This document shows positions 47,363 through 57,924 of a stretch of DNA of 64,000 nt, in pieces; positions within the stretch are counted from its first letter, which is position 1; each line of letters starts with the position of its first letter. Below the pieces are notes generated by a model that saw nothing but the letters and a program-made list of their open reading frames with translations, made no database searches and was not told where the DNA came from. Source of the stretch: an uncultured virus (IMG/VR IMGVR_UViG_3300042569_001770) (taxonomy: Duplodnaviria; Heunggongvirae; Uroviricota; Caudoviricetes); the IMG/VR virus record IMGVR_UViG_3300042569_001770, one strand, 5' to 3'. Both the position numbers and the translations under genes were made by a program.

Positions 47363-48130
47363 TTATTGATTCTGGTTACTAGTATATGCAAACCAATTCG
47401 TTCCTCCATCATGTGTTATGAATGCAAATGTATCCACTTTATTTAATGTTGATGTTAGTGTGGGAGGTGTGTTTCCAGACCACCTCGTTCCAGTCGGCCA
47501 TGTTACTGTTCTGGCTGTACCATCTGCAACAAATTGCAACGTAAAAGAATACACTCTTGGAGAAGATGGTACGTTTGTTAATGTGAATGTAGTAATTGGT
47601 TGATTTAAATTAACCGAGAAGAAAGCTGCAGAAGCTAAGTCTAAGGTAAGAACGTTTGTGCTAATTGTCGGGGTTACTTTTGTTTCTGTGATATACCCTA
47701 AATGTAAACCACTTAATGTTGTATTTCCTGCAACAGTTAAATTACCCGATACCGACAATACATTAGTTCCAAACGGGACACTTCCAATCCCTACTCTAGT
47801 TCCCGATACAACTAAAGTATTCGTATCAAATTCTCCCATCACTACAGTGTCATTATCAGATACCTCTAGTACTGGTAAACCTGCACTATCACTAACAGTA
47901 AATAACGTTCCTGTTAATATATCCGTAACGGTAAAAAGTCTTCCAGTTGATCCCTCCACACTAAATCTTGTTAAATTTGAAGAACTCGTAGTGCATGCAA
48001 TCGTAAGTCCCGCTAACCCATCATAAGCTAATCTAGGCGCAGTAGATAAAGGTTGAACGCTAGTTTGTCCGAAATTGTTGTTATCAAAACTTATAAAACC
48101 TGAAGTTGGTACTGTAAAAATATTAGCCAT
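47363..48130 (-). CDS. tail fibre component
   Basis: SVEGSTGRLFTVTD..GTLFTVSD.AGLP and C-terminal TVTWP...WSG..PPTLT...DTF.F.T.DGGT.W. Confidence 0.7.
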   Translation of the reverse strand: MANIFTVPTSGFISFDNNNFGQTSVQPLSTAPRLAYDGLAGLTIACTTSSSNLTRFSVEGSTGRLFTVTDILTGTLFTVSDSAGLPVLEVSDNDTVVMGEFDTNTLVVSGTRVGIGSVPFGTNVLSVSGNLTVAGNTTLSGLHLGYITETKVTPTISTNVLTLDLASAAFFSVNLNQPITTFTLTNVPSSPRVYSFTLQFVADGTARTVTWPTGTRWSGNTPPTLTSTLNKVDTFAFITHDGGTNWFAYTSNQNQ

Positions 48131-48159
48131 TATTAGTATTTATCTTTGTTGATGTAAGT

Positions 48160-48906
48160 TTAAGGTAATCCTAGTCCCTTTCCCAATGTTGTTTTGTAAA
48201 GTGTGCGAACCGCATCGATATAAGGCTGTCCACTGAATATTGCACAAAAGGCAATGTCAATATTGCGATCTCCAAAATTAAATACAAAATTATTACCAAT
48301 AATAATTTGGTTACCCCCGAGATTGCTTGTTCCTGGGTCACCAAAGGTAGTCGTGCCATTCAAATGTACACTCGACGAGGATCCGTTTGCATAGCCACCA
48401 ATAAAATTTTTTCCAATATTGTAAACATTGCCTCCGCTGTCAAGGCCATATTGTCCTGCAAATAATGTTACTTTGGCTATTTCTCCACCATTAAATAAAG
48501 TGACTCGGTTTGACCCATCGATTAAGCATCCTCCATTAAAAGTAGTTTTGAAATCAACCGCTCCCATTACAGTAAGCGGTTGATTAAATGCTCCAGATGC
48601 AGTAATTGCTGAATTAATTATGTTAAAATTAACCCCGCTCATTCCCCAAGTTGGACCATTTACTAAAGTACCATCGTAAGTTCCTAAACCACCCAATGAA
48701 AGCGCAGTATTAGTTTCAGTATTTTGAGTTGATCTCAGAGGCCAACAAACCATACTATTCCATACGCCTAGATCTTTACATCCACCAATAAAATTATCTA
48801 TATCGACAACCGAAAATGGATCTAAAATCTTACCAGCATTTTTTACACGCTTTACGTACTTTTCGGTTTCGTTATTTCTGACGTATGTATTGCAAATTCC
48901 AGCCAT
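48160..48906 (-). CDS. virion paralog B1 (conserved termini, variable lectin/LamG-like core)
   Basis: Shared N-terminus YVKRVKNAG...GCKDLGVWN.MVCWPLRSTQN and C-terminus LYKTTLGKGLGLP. Confidence 0.75.
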   Translation of the reverse strand: MAGICNTYVRNNETEKYVKRVKNAGKILDPFSVVDIDNFIGGCKDLGVWNSMVCWPLRSTQNTETNTALSLGGLGTYDGTLVNGPTWGMSGVNFNIINSAITASGAFNQPLTVMGAVDFKTTFNGGCLIDGSNRVTLFNGGEIAKVTLFAGQYGLDSGGNVYNIGKNFIGGYANGSSSSVHLNGTTTFGDPGTSNLGGNQIIIGNNFVFNFGDRNIDIAFCAIFSGQPYIDAVRTLYKTTLGKGLGLP

Positions 48907-48915
48907 ATGATTTTA

Positions 48916-49791
48916 TTAAGGTAATCCTAGTCCCTTTCCTAATGTTGTTTTGTAAAGATTTAACATTTGTTGATGTTGAGATGCTGTTATATTACTTGAA
49001 AAATAACCTACTATACTAATAATACCTTTGGTGTTAGCTGATCTTCCCCCGCATCCCAAAATAGAATTAGTGGTAATTCCTGAATTCAACGTTCCGTATG
49101 TTTCCGCCAAAACCGCGTTTTCACCGTTAATGCTAGAAGAATTATCTACAACAAATAAACAATTTTGGTACGTATTACTTGGAGTATACCCAAAATAACT
49201 ATATTTGTTTTTTGTTATTAGCGGAGAACCAAATAAACGCGAGCATTCATTGGCATATCTTCCATTATAATCAACATTGAGCATTTGGAGCGATATTGTG
49301 GTTCCACCACCTACTCCTGTAGTTACATGGAAATTTCCAGCATCATATGCCCAATTGCCAGTTGGTTGACTTCCAAAAAAAACTAAATCGGCCTCTTCTA
49401 GTTGCCAATCTAATGGGTTTGAAACCGCAAACGAACAAACTCCATATTGCCCTGCTCCATATGGATAATTCAAAAATGACGAAATTAAATGTACTCCTTG
49501 TTGTCCGTTAAAGTATATTCCGTTATTTTGCCAAGTGGGGCTGTTTACCAAACTGCCATTGTAAATACCTAATCCACCTAAAGAAAAAACCGTATTAGTT
49601 CCCGTATTTTGTGTTGATCTTAAAGGCCAACAAACCATATTATTCCATACACCTAAATCCTTACACCCTGTTACGAAATCATCAATATCTATAACAGAAC
49701 TTCCTTCTAATATCTTACCAGCATTTTTTACACGCTTTACGTACCTTCTGGTTTCGGTATTTTTAGTTGGTATGTTAAATGTTGCTCCCAT
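48916..49791 (-). CDS. virion paralog B2
   Basis: Same termini as B1 with a different core. Confidence 0.75.
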   Translation of the reverse strand: MGATFNIPTKNTETRRYVKRVKNAGKILEGSSVIDIDDFVTGCKDLGVWNNMVCWPLRSTQNTGTNTVFSLGGLGIYNGSLVNSPTWQNNGIYFNGQQGVHLISSFLNYPYGAGQYGVCSFAVSNPLDWQLEEADLVFFGSQPTGNWAYDAGNFHVTTGVGGGTTISLQMLNVDYNGRYANECSRLFGSPLITKNKYSYFGYTPSNTYQNCLFVVDNSSSINGENAVLAETYGTLNSGITTNSILGCGGRSANTKGIISIVGYFSSNITASQHQQMLNLYKTTLGKGLGLP

Positions 49792-49795
49792 AATA

Positions 49796-50623
49796 TTAAG
49801 GTAAACCTAATCCCTTTCCTAATGTTGATTTGTATAATGAATAAATTAAATTTTCATTATTGTTTGTTAAAGGTTGGGTAAATGCCAATGTTGCAGAAAT
49901 TTCAAGACCTAATGGTTTAACTACATATTCTGGAATTCCTGCTTGTGGAAAATAACCACCCGGAAAAACAAATAAATTGGAAGTTCCTGATAACGATATC
50001 AAATCTCCAGAAATTGTAACATTCGATCCGCCTATTGTTCTAGCCGTGAATAATGTTCCTGTTGACGAACCTCTATATATTTGACAAAAAAAGTTATTTC
50101 CATTTGAACTAAAACTATTTGATATATTTAAATATGGTTTTGTTACCCCAAATCCTCTTCCCCCTCCACTTGATACGTGAATGATAACACCATCCATTCC
50201 TGCACCACCAAAACCAAAGTAAGACGAGTATCCTCCACCGTCAGAAATAATTTTAGAAAATTGGATAACAGATCCTCTTCTTAACTCAGGTGAATTTACT
50301 TCTATATATTTTCCACCGCCCCAAATATTACCATCATTATCAGCATTTACACCGTTTGTACCCCATGTTGGTCCATTTACTAGATTACCATCAAATGTTC
50401 CTAATCCGCCTAATGAAAAAGCAGTATTAGTTCCTGTGTTTTGAGTTGATCTTAAAGGCCAACAAACCATGTTATTCCATACGCCTAGATCTTTACATCC
50501 AGTTACAAAATTGTCTATATCCAATACTGAAAAAGCATCTAAAGTCTTACCTGCATTTTTGATTCTCTTTACATACTTTCGAGTCTCGTTATTGCGAGCA
50601 TATGTATTGAACGTCATTGCCAT
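49796..50623 (-). CDS. virion paralog B3
   Basis: Same termini as B1 with a different core. Confidence 0.75.
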   Translation of the reverse strand: MAMTFNTYARNNETRKYVKRIKNAGKTLDAFSVLDIDNFVTGCKDLGVWNNMVCWPLRSTQNTGTNTAFSLGGLGTFDGNLVNGPTWGTNGVNADNDGNIWGGGKYIEVNSPELRRGSVIQFSKIISDGGGYSSYFGFGGAGMDGVIIHVSSGGGRGFGVTKPYLNISNSFSSNGNNFFCQIYRGSSTGTLFTARTIGGSNVTISGDLISLSGTSNLFVFPGGYFPQAGIPEYVVKPLGLEISATLAFTQPLTNNNENLIYSLYKSTLGKGLGLP

Positions 50624-50627
50624 ATTA

Positions 50628-53600
50628 TTATATTTCTACTTGCAATTTGGGAACATCTTTTCTTACACCAGTTAATGACCAAAAGAATTTATATTCCTTT
50701 CCTTCTATGCAATTGTCACTCTTAACTACAAATATATTATTTTCTACATCAATATAATCAACGTATATAATATTAGAATGCTTATAGTTTGTTAATAAAA
50801 TATGAACGTCTTCTTCGCGAATTAGGCCTTTTATGTAATCAGGTAAATTTACAACACATTGCCCGTATGTTACTTTATCTTCCCCTGTTAATCTAACTCC
50901 GATATACGGAGATTCTAGTGAGCTATATTGTAAAGATTTGGAATCGTCTATTGGATGTTTAATTACGAAATTTTTAACGGAAGCTTGAAGGGTATTTGCG
51001 GTTATGCTTCCTGTGGCAGAAACATTTCCAGTTACAGTAAGAACTTCATTTGGCGTTTGAGTTCCGATACCAACTTTGCCATCATGAGCAATTGTCATTT
51101 TTTCAGTTACTCCGTTATCTCCGCTTGTTGTAGTTAGAAATGTCAACCCACTAGGTATACTGCTTAAAGAAGGAACAGGAACGCCATCCACAAATGATCT
51201 TATTATTGTGGCTGTATAAAACCCATTATTAACATAACCATTATAAGCAATAGTACCAAGAAAATCATCTTGTTGTACATCTGTAGGTGTATTAAATGTT
51301 CCTCTAGTTTTGAAAAAGTTAACACGACAAGCGTTTATATCATCACTATTTCTTCTTAAAGCTATATTCGCATTTGGTGAAGTTGTAGACTCAGAATTTA
51401 ATTGTAATCCTGCGGTTACATTCCAAGCTGATAAAGTACCACTTACTATTTGACCATATTGATTTATTATAAACGGTGTAGAGTCTGGATTTGTACTATC
51501 TTCGACTAATAAAGCATTTCCTGTTCCGGTTTGAGTAATTCTGAGAGCATCTGTAGAAGAGTTTGCTGATATTATGCAAGCCGACGCATACATCACACCA
51601 GTAGAACTGATATTTCCAACTACCGTTAATTTCGCCTCAATACCACTCAAAGAACTTAGACCAATACCGACTGTACCATCAGATCCTATTATAAATGCAG
51701 TTACATCCGGTGTAGTATCATCCTCGACTCTAAAAGCCTCCCCGGTTCCTTGCTGAGTAATACGAAGAGCGACAGTTGTACTATTAGGATTAACTATTTG
51801 AGCAGAAGTAAATGTATTTGGTGTATTTACTGGAGCAAGTGTGTAAATTGATGAATTTGATTTATATGTTAATTGACCCCCAGAATTTATCCACACATCA
51901 CCATCAAATGTAGTTGTTGGATTTGTTGAACCTACAAGAGCATTTCCAATATTTAACCTTGCCATTGCAGTATCTGCGGCGGCTGAAAGCTTACCGGTCA
52001 TTGCGCCTCCGCTTAGAGGTAGGAAATAGGTTCTTGAGTAAATATTGGCTAGAGTATTATCCCATTCTGTTGCAGACTTAGTTTGTACTGTTGTATATAT
52101 ATTATCCCAATTAGCAGAAGTGTTATTAACTGAAGTATATACTTTATCCCAGTTAGCCGACAAAGAATTTACTGTGACTCGAGTTTCATCCCATTCGTGA
52201 TGTAGGTTAAATACAATACTATTAGCATCTATTATATTTGAAGAATTACCAACCACAAAACTGGTAATTTCTGAGTTTAAACCACTAGAGCTATTAACAA
52301 ATGTATAAATTTTGTTCCAATCTGCCGAAGTCGTATTAACTGAAGTATATACTTTATCCCAATTACCACTGGTGTTATTAACTGAAGTATAAACATTATT
52401 CCAATTGCCTGAAGTATTATTGACTGAAGTATAAACATTATTCCAGTTTCCACTTGTATTATTGACTGAAGTATATACGTCGTTCCAATTGCCACTTGTA
52501 TTATTGACTGAAGTATATACGTCATTCCAATTGCCTGAAGTATTATTGACTGAAGTATAAACATTATTCCAATTACCACTGGTGTTATTAACTGAAGTAT
52601 AAACGTTATTCCAGATACCAGAAGTAGCATTAACAGATGTGTAAACATCATTCCAAAAATTAGAATTGCCTTTTTGGGTGTAAATTGTTTCTGAAGAAGA
52701 AATGCTTCCAATAACCGTTAATTCTTTATTTGGAATTTCAGTATTAATACCTACTTTGGCATCAGAAACAAATAAAACCGCTGTAGGCCCATTTCCAAGT
52801 TCAACCGAAGATAAAAAAACAACACTACCAGTTACAGTCCCTCCACTAAGTGGTAAAAATGAATTATCACTATAAGAAATTACTACACTATTATCCCAAT
52901 TGCCACTGGTATTATACACTGTAGTATAAACGTTATTCCAATTACCACTAATGTTATTAACAGATGTATAAACATTGTTCCAGTCTGCAGAAGTTGTATT
53001 AACTGAAGTATAAACGTTATTCCAATTAGAACTTAAAGTATTTACTCTAGATTTTAAATCTACAAATTCTGGTTGGATTAAATTTCCATCAATATAAGCA
53101 GCACCTGTAGAGCTTATCTCTCCTATTACGGTTAATTTTTTATTGGGATTTAATGTCCCGACACCAATATCTCCTCCATCTTTAATTATTAAAACACTAT
53201 TAGCGTCGTCATAAAAAGAAGCTATATCTTGACTGCCTGTTTGGGTTACCTTTAAGGCTGGTCCGGTCCCGGTATTTGTTATCTCTATGGCACTAGTTAT
53301 AGAAACTTGTGAATCTATATAGGTTAGAGTACCCAATGAAGATACATTTCCTGTAATGGTTAAATCTCCAATTACAACTCCACCAGAAAGAGGCAAAAAG
53401 TTTGCGTGTGTATAATTTTTATTATTTTGTGTAATTGAAGAAAGAGATATATTATTAGAATCTCTTATAGCAATAACTTCTGTGTTTTCATCAAAAGTTA
53501 AATTTTGATTCCAAGACAATCCTGAATAAGATTGCACTGTAGAATATACATCTAGAAGATCTTTTTGAATTAAACTTCCACCCACATAAAGTGTACTTGC

Positions 53601-54170
53601 AGAACTTATAGTTCCAGTTACATTCAAATTAGAAATTCGCTGACCTTCAATACCTATCTTTACGTCTCCGTCGATATATGCCAATTCTGTAGACGAAATA
53701 GAACCTTTTACAGACAATTCTACATTAGGATCACCGTTGTTAATACCAACAAAACCATTTCCATTTGGAGTAGCATTGCCTATATGCAAAACTTCCACAC
53801 CATCTCCATCATAAAATGAGGCTATATCATAAGGCCCTGCAGCTTGATACACATATAACGCAGGCCCAGGACCAGTGTTATAAGCACATATAGCTGAAGT
53901 GGTGGAAAATACTGTATTTGCAAAATATGATACACCTAAAGAAGATAGTCTTCCTAATACTGTAACGTCTCTATCCACAGTAAGAGAAGACAATACATGC
54001 ACATTAGAATTGACATGTAAATCACCAGATATTTTTGTATTTCCTACAACATCTAATTTTTCTGTAGGATTGAGGGTTCCTATACCCATATTTTCACCGA
54101 CAAATAATTTATTTTGTATTTCTACAGATGATAAAATTTTGACGTAATTTTTGTATAATTCTTGAGACAT
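50628..54170 (-). CDS. tail fibre protein with 14-aa coiled-coil repeats and a C-terminal chaperone-like domain
   Basis: GIGT/GINT fibre motifs, FLPLSGG three times, WNNVYTSVNNTSGN repeats and C-terminal KNFVIKHP...LESP...LPDY. Confidence 0.8.
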   Translation of the reverse strand: MSQELYKNYVKILSSVEIQNKLFVGENMGIGTLNPTEKLDVVGNTKISGDLHVNSNVHVLSSLTVDRDVTVLGRLSSLGVSYFANTVFSTTSAICAYNTGPGPALYVYQAAGPYDIASFYDGDGVEVLHIGNATPNGNGFVGINNGDPNVELSVKGSISSTELAYIDGDVKIGIEGQRISNLNVTGTISSASTLYVGGSLIQKDLLDVYSTVQSYSGLSWNQNLTFDENTEVIAIRDSNNISLSSITQNNKNYTHANFLPLSGGVVIGDLTITGNVSSLGTLTYIDSQVSITSAIEITNTGTGPALKVTQTGSQDIASFYDDANSVLIIKDGGDIGVGTLNPNKKLTVIGEISSTGAAYIDGNLIQPEFVDLKSRVNTLSSNWNNVYTSVNTTSADWNNVYTSVNNISGNWNNVYTTVYNTSGNWDNSVVISYSDNSFLPLSGGTVTGSVVFLSSVELGNGPTAVLFVSDAKVGINTEIPNKELTVIGSISSSETIYTQKGNSNFWNDVYTSVNATSGIWNNVYTSVNNTSGNWNNVYTSVNNTSGNWNDVYTSVNNTSGNWNDVYTSVNNTSGNWNNVYTSVNNTSGNWNNVYTSVNNTSGNWDKVYTSVNTTSADWNKIYTFVNSSSGLNSEITSFVVGNSSNIIDANSIVFNLHHEWDETRVTVNSLSANWDKVYTSVNNTSANWDNIYTTVQTKSATEWDNTLANIYSRTYFLPLSGGAMTGKLSAAADTAMARLNIGNALVGSTNPTTTFDGDVWINSGGQLTYKSNSSIYTLAPVNTPNTFTSAQIVNPNSTTVALRITQQGTGEAFRVEDDTTPDVTAFIIGSDGTVGIGLSSLSGIEAKLTVVGNISSTGVMYASACIISANSSTDALRITQTGTGNALLVEDSTNPDSTPFIINQYGQIVSGTLSAWNVTAGLQLNSESTTSPNANIALRRNSDDINACRVNFFKTRGTFNTPTDVQQDDFLGTIAYNGYVNNGFYTATIIRSFVDGVPVPSLSSIPSGLTFLTTTSGDNGVTEKMTIAHDGKVGIGTQTPNEVLTVTGNVSATGSITANTLQASVKNFVIKHPIDDSKSLQYSSLESPYIGVRLTGEDKVTYGQCVVNLPDYIKGLIREEDVHILLTNYKHSNIIYVDYIDVENNIFVVKSDNCIEGKEYKFFWSLTGVRKDVPKLQVEI
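52281..52655 (-). repeat. coding tandem repeat, about 9 x 42 bp (WNNVYTSVNNTSGN)
   Basis: Recurrent actgaagtata...ttccaatt units with synonymous variation. Shorter blocks occur near 52055-52195 and 52890-53030. Confidence 0.9.
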
Positions 54171-54171
54171 A

Positions 54172-57100
54172 TTATTCGATATCGTAGAGTCTAATATATT
54201 TAGTTTGACCGTCTGCTATAACCTTTATAAATTGATTTTGAGCAGTTATAGAAGTAACATTCGTATACACCTCTCCAGTAAACGTTACAGCAGATAAATT
54301 AAACACATTTGAAACTGTTAAATCATTTGTTACTTCTAAATTTTTATTAAATTTACTATTTTCAAATGCAGTTAGAGATTGTACAAAAATATTATTTTGA
54401 CTACTAATATTTCCAATAACTGTCAAATTATTTAATATATTTAAATCTTTATTAAATGTTACATTTTCTGTAGATGTAATGGATTGCACTAAAATATTAC
54501 CACTAGCTGTAATAGATTGTACGAAAAGATTGTTATCGGCACTTATATTTCCAACAATTGTAAGAATTTCATTCGGTGTGGTAGTACCTACACCAACTTT
54601 GCCGTCTGGTTGTATAATGGCTTTTTCTGTTCCATTTGTTACAAATTTTAATTGATTATTATTAGCTCCTGGGTAATCCTCTGCAGATATGTAAGTGTTT
54701 TGGTCTATATCTTTTACACCACCCAAAGAACCCCAATTAGAACCGTCATACCCTTCAAAAGTACTGTCTTGGCTATTATATCTTATAGCTCCTTGTACAC
54801 CTATTCTTTGTGCAGTATTACCAACTGGTATTACTAATGCATCTGTACCGGATAGATGTAAAGTTGTTGAAGGTGTTTGTGTACCTATGCCAACTTTAAG
54901 ATTGTCTGCTAAAACAAATATAGGATCTATACCATCATAAAATTCTGCTACATTATTAAATCCAGTTTGAGTCACTTTTAATGCCGGACCAGAACCAACA
55001 TTAGTTATTTCTAAAGCACTTGTTACTCCAACTTGGGTTTCTACAACAGTGTATTGACCCAGAGCAGATAAACTACCATAAATTAAAATATCTCCGTTAA
55101 TAAATGCATTTTTATCAACGTATAAATTACTGTTAGAACTAATATCACCATTAACCGTCAAAGCATTAGAACTGTTGTCTGTGTTTATACCAACATTACT
55201 AGCTATATAAACACCACTAGCAGCTTTTATGGCAAATTGGTCGTTTTTAGTGGCACTAAAAATTGAAACTTCTGGAGTACCTTGCCAAATCCAAGTTCTA
55301 TCAAAATTAGTTTCTGTATTAATACCTGCTGCATGGCTATTATTACCATTTGCTACTGTATTTATGCCTTCAGAATGACTGTTTTCTCCAGACGCAATAG
55401 TATTAAAACCTTCTGCATGGCTATTAAGCCCTCTAGCAACTGTATAAGATCCCTCTGCATGGCTATAAGTTCCTGAATTGTCTATAATATATCCGTTATT
55501 TGAATTACGACCTATTAAATCTTCAGACACTATAACTTCACCCGTAACATTGTCTCTACTAACTACAACAGCCGTAAAAATATCATCTAAATTATCCGCT
55601 TCATATACTCTTATTTTATAACCGGGTGTTAAATAAGAAAATATACCACTATTAGCTTGTGAAAATGTAAATCTCTTGGTTTGATAGTAATAATAATCAA
55701 AACTTATATTTGCTCCGGTTCTTGTATAATACCCTTCTGAGTGACTATAGTTTGCACCTGCAGTTGATTTATGTCCTTCTGCGTGACTATAATTCCCAGA
55801 AGCCAACACCAAATATCCCTGATTGAAACTACCTTCAATACCCACTTCTCCTGTAAGAACAAAATTAGAACTCCTTACATCTGCACCTGTAATAGAAACA
55901 AAACTGGCATTTGATAAATTAACTGCATTGTATAATAACGGAACCAAAGAAACAGAGTTGCCATAAGTCTGGGATAATATGTTAGTTGCAGGATCAAAGA
56001 ATAATTGTTGTGCTACACCACCCGTACCCCATGCAGCGGATTCTGCTTGAAATGTTGTATATACAATATCCCACCCCCCTATGTTTAAATTGGGTGCAGA
56101 TATTATGCCCATAGTGGTTACATTACCTTCCACTACACCACTCTCTAAGATTAATTTATCCTTAATTTTTAAATCACCAGTAATAGCACAACTTTGAGAA
56201 GAATTAAAACCTCCCAACATTTTTTGCGCATTTATGGTAGTTAAATTATCTGTTTCAAAATTAGTTACCTTTAAAAACGGAATATCTGCTGTAAATCCAC
56301 CTAATACATTTAGGTTGTATATGTCTACCTTACTACATAAACTTCCTATAACTGTTTTTGACGGATAAGCACTTAAAGTGTTTATTTGTGTGTTACCGAA
56401 TATTTGAGTTTCACCTTCAGAATTGCCGATGTAAACGTTGCCCGAACCTTCTCCAGAGTTGATGTGTGTATTTTTTATCACATCATCATTATCATTATTA
56501 ATATTTAAATCATATCCATTTAAAGTGGTTACTACCTCTTTGGATCCTATGTTTATAGATCCCCCAGCTTTGGAATTTAAATTTAAAGTTTTTAAAGCAC
56601 TCAAACCAAAGTTATTGGAATTGATACCCACTTCCGTATATGCGTCGCCTATATCTATGGTTTGATTTATTAAATCTATATTTAAACCATTAATCGGATT
56701 CAATACCCTATATCTAAAACTAGAAACACTAGTTAAATCTGTAGCAACAGTTAAACTACTAAAAATCACATTAGATGTAGAAAACACTTCATCCATCGTA
56801 GAAGTCAATACATCATAATCGGTAAAATCTAATTTAATGACTTCACTGGTAATAACATTACCCACAGTCAAATTGCCGCTTTTAATGTTTAATTGATTTG
56901 ATACACTGCCAATTTCCAACACACCCGCATTTTCATTAGTGTTTATATAAGAATTGCCGTTACTGGATGTGTTTATATAAACATCACCGTTCAAATAATT
57001 AAAACCACTTAATATATTTGTGCCTAAAAGGTTATTAATAGCTGCAAAATTGCCTAGAGTAAATTCATTTCTTTGCCCAGACAAAGTATTGAACAATACA

Positions 57101-57918
57101 TTTCCGTTGGCAGACAAATTTTTAACAAACAAATCACCGTTTATATAAACATCTGATAAATCATTACCTATGACTGTGCTTGTAGTAGATAATGAAGTAG
57201 TATTAACATAAACATTACCGTTTAAAAACACATTACCGCCAGATATATTTCCTATATTTGTTAAAGCAGGTTTATTTACACCTATATAAGTCTCTTTATC
57301 TATAACAATTTTATTTGCACTGATACTAGATAGATATGCAGAATTTGTATTTAATTTGTCAGAATAAATATAATCCCTGGCACTAATATTACCTAACACT
57401 GTTAAATGTGTGTTGGGATTAGTAGTGTTTATGCCTACATACCCCGGTCTTTCTGAAGACCCATCTATATGCATAGCTATATTACCACCATCAAAAAATT
57501 GTGCTATAGGATGTTCAAAATCTTGGTCAACAGACAATGAAACTCCTCCAGCCGCGTTTAGGGACAAAGAAGAAGTTGTCACTAGTTGCGTATTGAACAC
57601 AGTTGATGTGCCTAAAGAACTTAAAGACCCACTTATTACTACGTTTCCGTCTACATACAATTTAGCGTTTGCGTCCGGTGTAACATTACCTATTGCCAAA
57701 TTATTTTGAATATAAGCAGAATTTCTTACGCTAAGTGTTCTTATATCAAAATCTTGATTTTGTGAATTTACAAAATTTAAAACATCTAATATAGAAGTTT
57801 TACGCGTTTCAAATCCTTCTGATTCACTCCCTATTACAACCGGAAAAACATCCGTAGAAGACAACGGAACTGATGTTTTGTCTAAATGTCTGATTTCTAT
57901 GGGTAAATATTCGCTCAT
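54172..57918 (-). CDS. tail fibre/adhesin with YadA-head-like SHAEG repeats
   Basis: SH(A/S)EG 14-aa repeats, VGIGT/VGINT motifs and IPVGNTAQR...GAIRYN....FEGY. Confidence 0.8.
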   Translation of the reverse strand: MSEYLPIEIRHLDKTSVPLSSTDVFPVVIGSESEGFETRKTSILDVLNFVNSQNQDFDIRTLSVRNSAYIQNNLAIGNVTPDANAKLYVDGNVVISGSLSSLGTSTVFNTQLVTTSSLSLNAAGGVSLSVDQDFEHPIAQFFDGGNIAMHIDGSSERPGYVGINTTNPNTHLTVLGNISARDYIYSDKLNTNSAYLSSISANKIVIDKETYIGVNKPALTNIGNISGGNVFLNGNVYVNTTSLSTTSTVIGNDLSDVYINGDLFVKNLSANGNVLFNTLSGQRNEFTLGNFAAINNLLGTNILSGFNYLNGDVYINTSSNGNSYINTNENAGVLEIGSVSNQLNIKSGNLTVGNVITSEVIKLDFTDYDVLTSTMDEVFSTSNVIFSSLTVATDLTSVSSFRYRVLNPINGLNIDLINQTIDIGDAYTEVGINSNNFGLSALKTLNLNSKAGGSINIGSKEVVTTLNGYDLNINNDNDDVIKNTHINSGEGSGNVYIGNSEGETQIFGNTQINTLSAYPSKTVIGSLCSKVDIYNLNVLGGFTADIPFLKVTNFETDNLTTINAQKMLGGFNSSQSCAITGDLKIKDKLILESGVVEGNVTTMGIISAPNLNIGGWDIVYTTFQAESAAWGTGGVAQQLFFDPATNILSQTYGNSVSLVPLLYNAVNLSNASFVSITGADVRSSNFVLTGEVGIEGSFNQGYLVLASGNYSHAEGHKSTAGANYSHSEGYYTRTGANISFDYYYYQTKRFTFSQANSGIFSYLTPGYKIRVYEADNLDDIFTAVVVSRDNVTGEVIVSEDLIGRNSNNGYIIDNSGTYSHAEGSYTVARGLNSHAEGFNTIASGENSHSEGINTVANGNNSHAAGINTETNFDRTWIWQGTPEVSIFSATKNDQFAIKAASGVYIASNVGINTDNSSNALTVNGDISSNSNLYVDKNAFINGDILIYGSLSALGQYTVVETQVGVTSALEITNVGSGPALKVTQTGFNNVAEFYDGIDPIFVLADNLKVGIGTQTPSTTLHLSGTDALVIPVGNTAQRIGVQGAIRYNSQDSTFEGYDGSNWGSLGGVKDIDQNTYISAEDYPGANNNQLKFVTNGTEKAIIQPDGKVGVGTTTPNEILTIVGNISADNNLFVQSITASGNILVQSITSTENVTFNKDLNILNNLTVIGNISSQNNIFVQSLTAFENSKFNKNLEVTNDLTVSNVFNLSAVTFTGEVYTNVTSITAQNQFIKVIADGQTKYIRLYDIE

Positions 57919-57924
57919 ATGTGT

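Noticed and set aside
48160..50623. Diversity-generating retroelement or shufflon
   Set aside because: No reverse transcriptase, no adenine-specific TR/VR pair, no site-specific recombinase and no inverted cassettes are in the window. All copies are complete co-oriented genes.
52281..52655. Regularly spaced DNA repeats resembling a CRISPR array
   Set aside because: The 42-bp units are contiguous with no unique spacers, stay in frame within a long CDS and vary at synonymous positions. No cas genes are seen.
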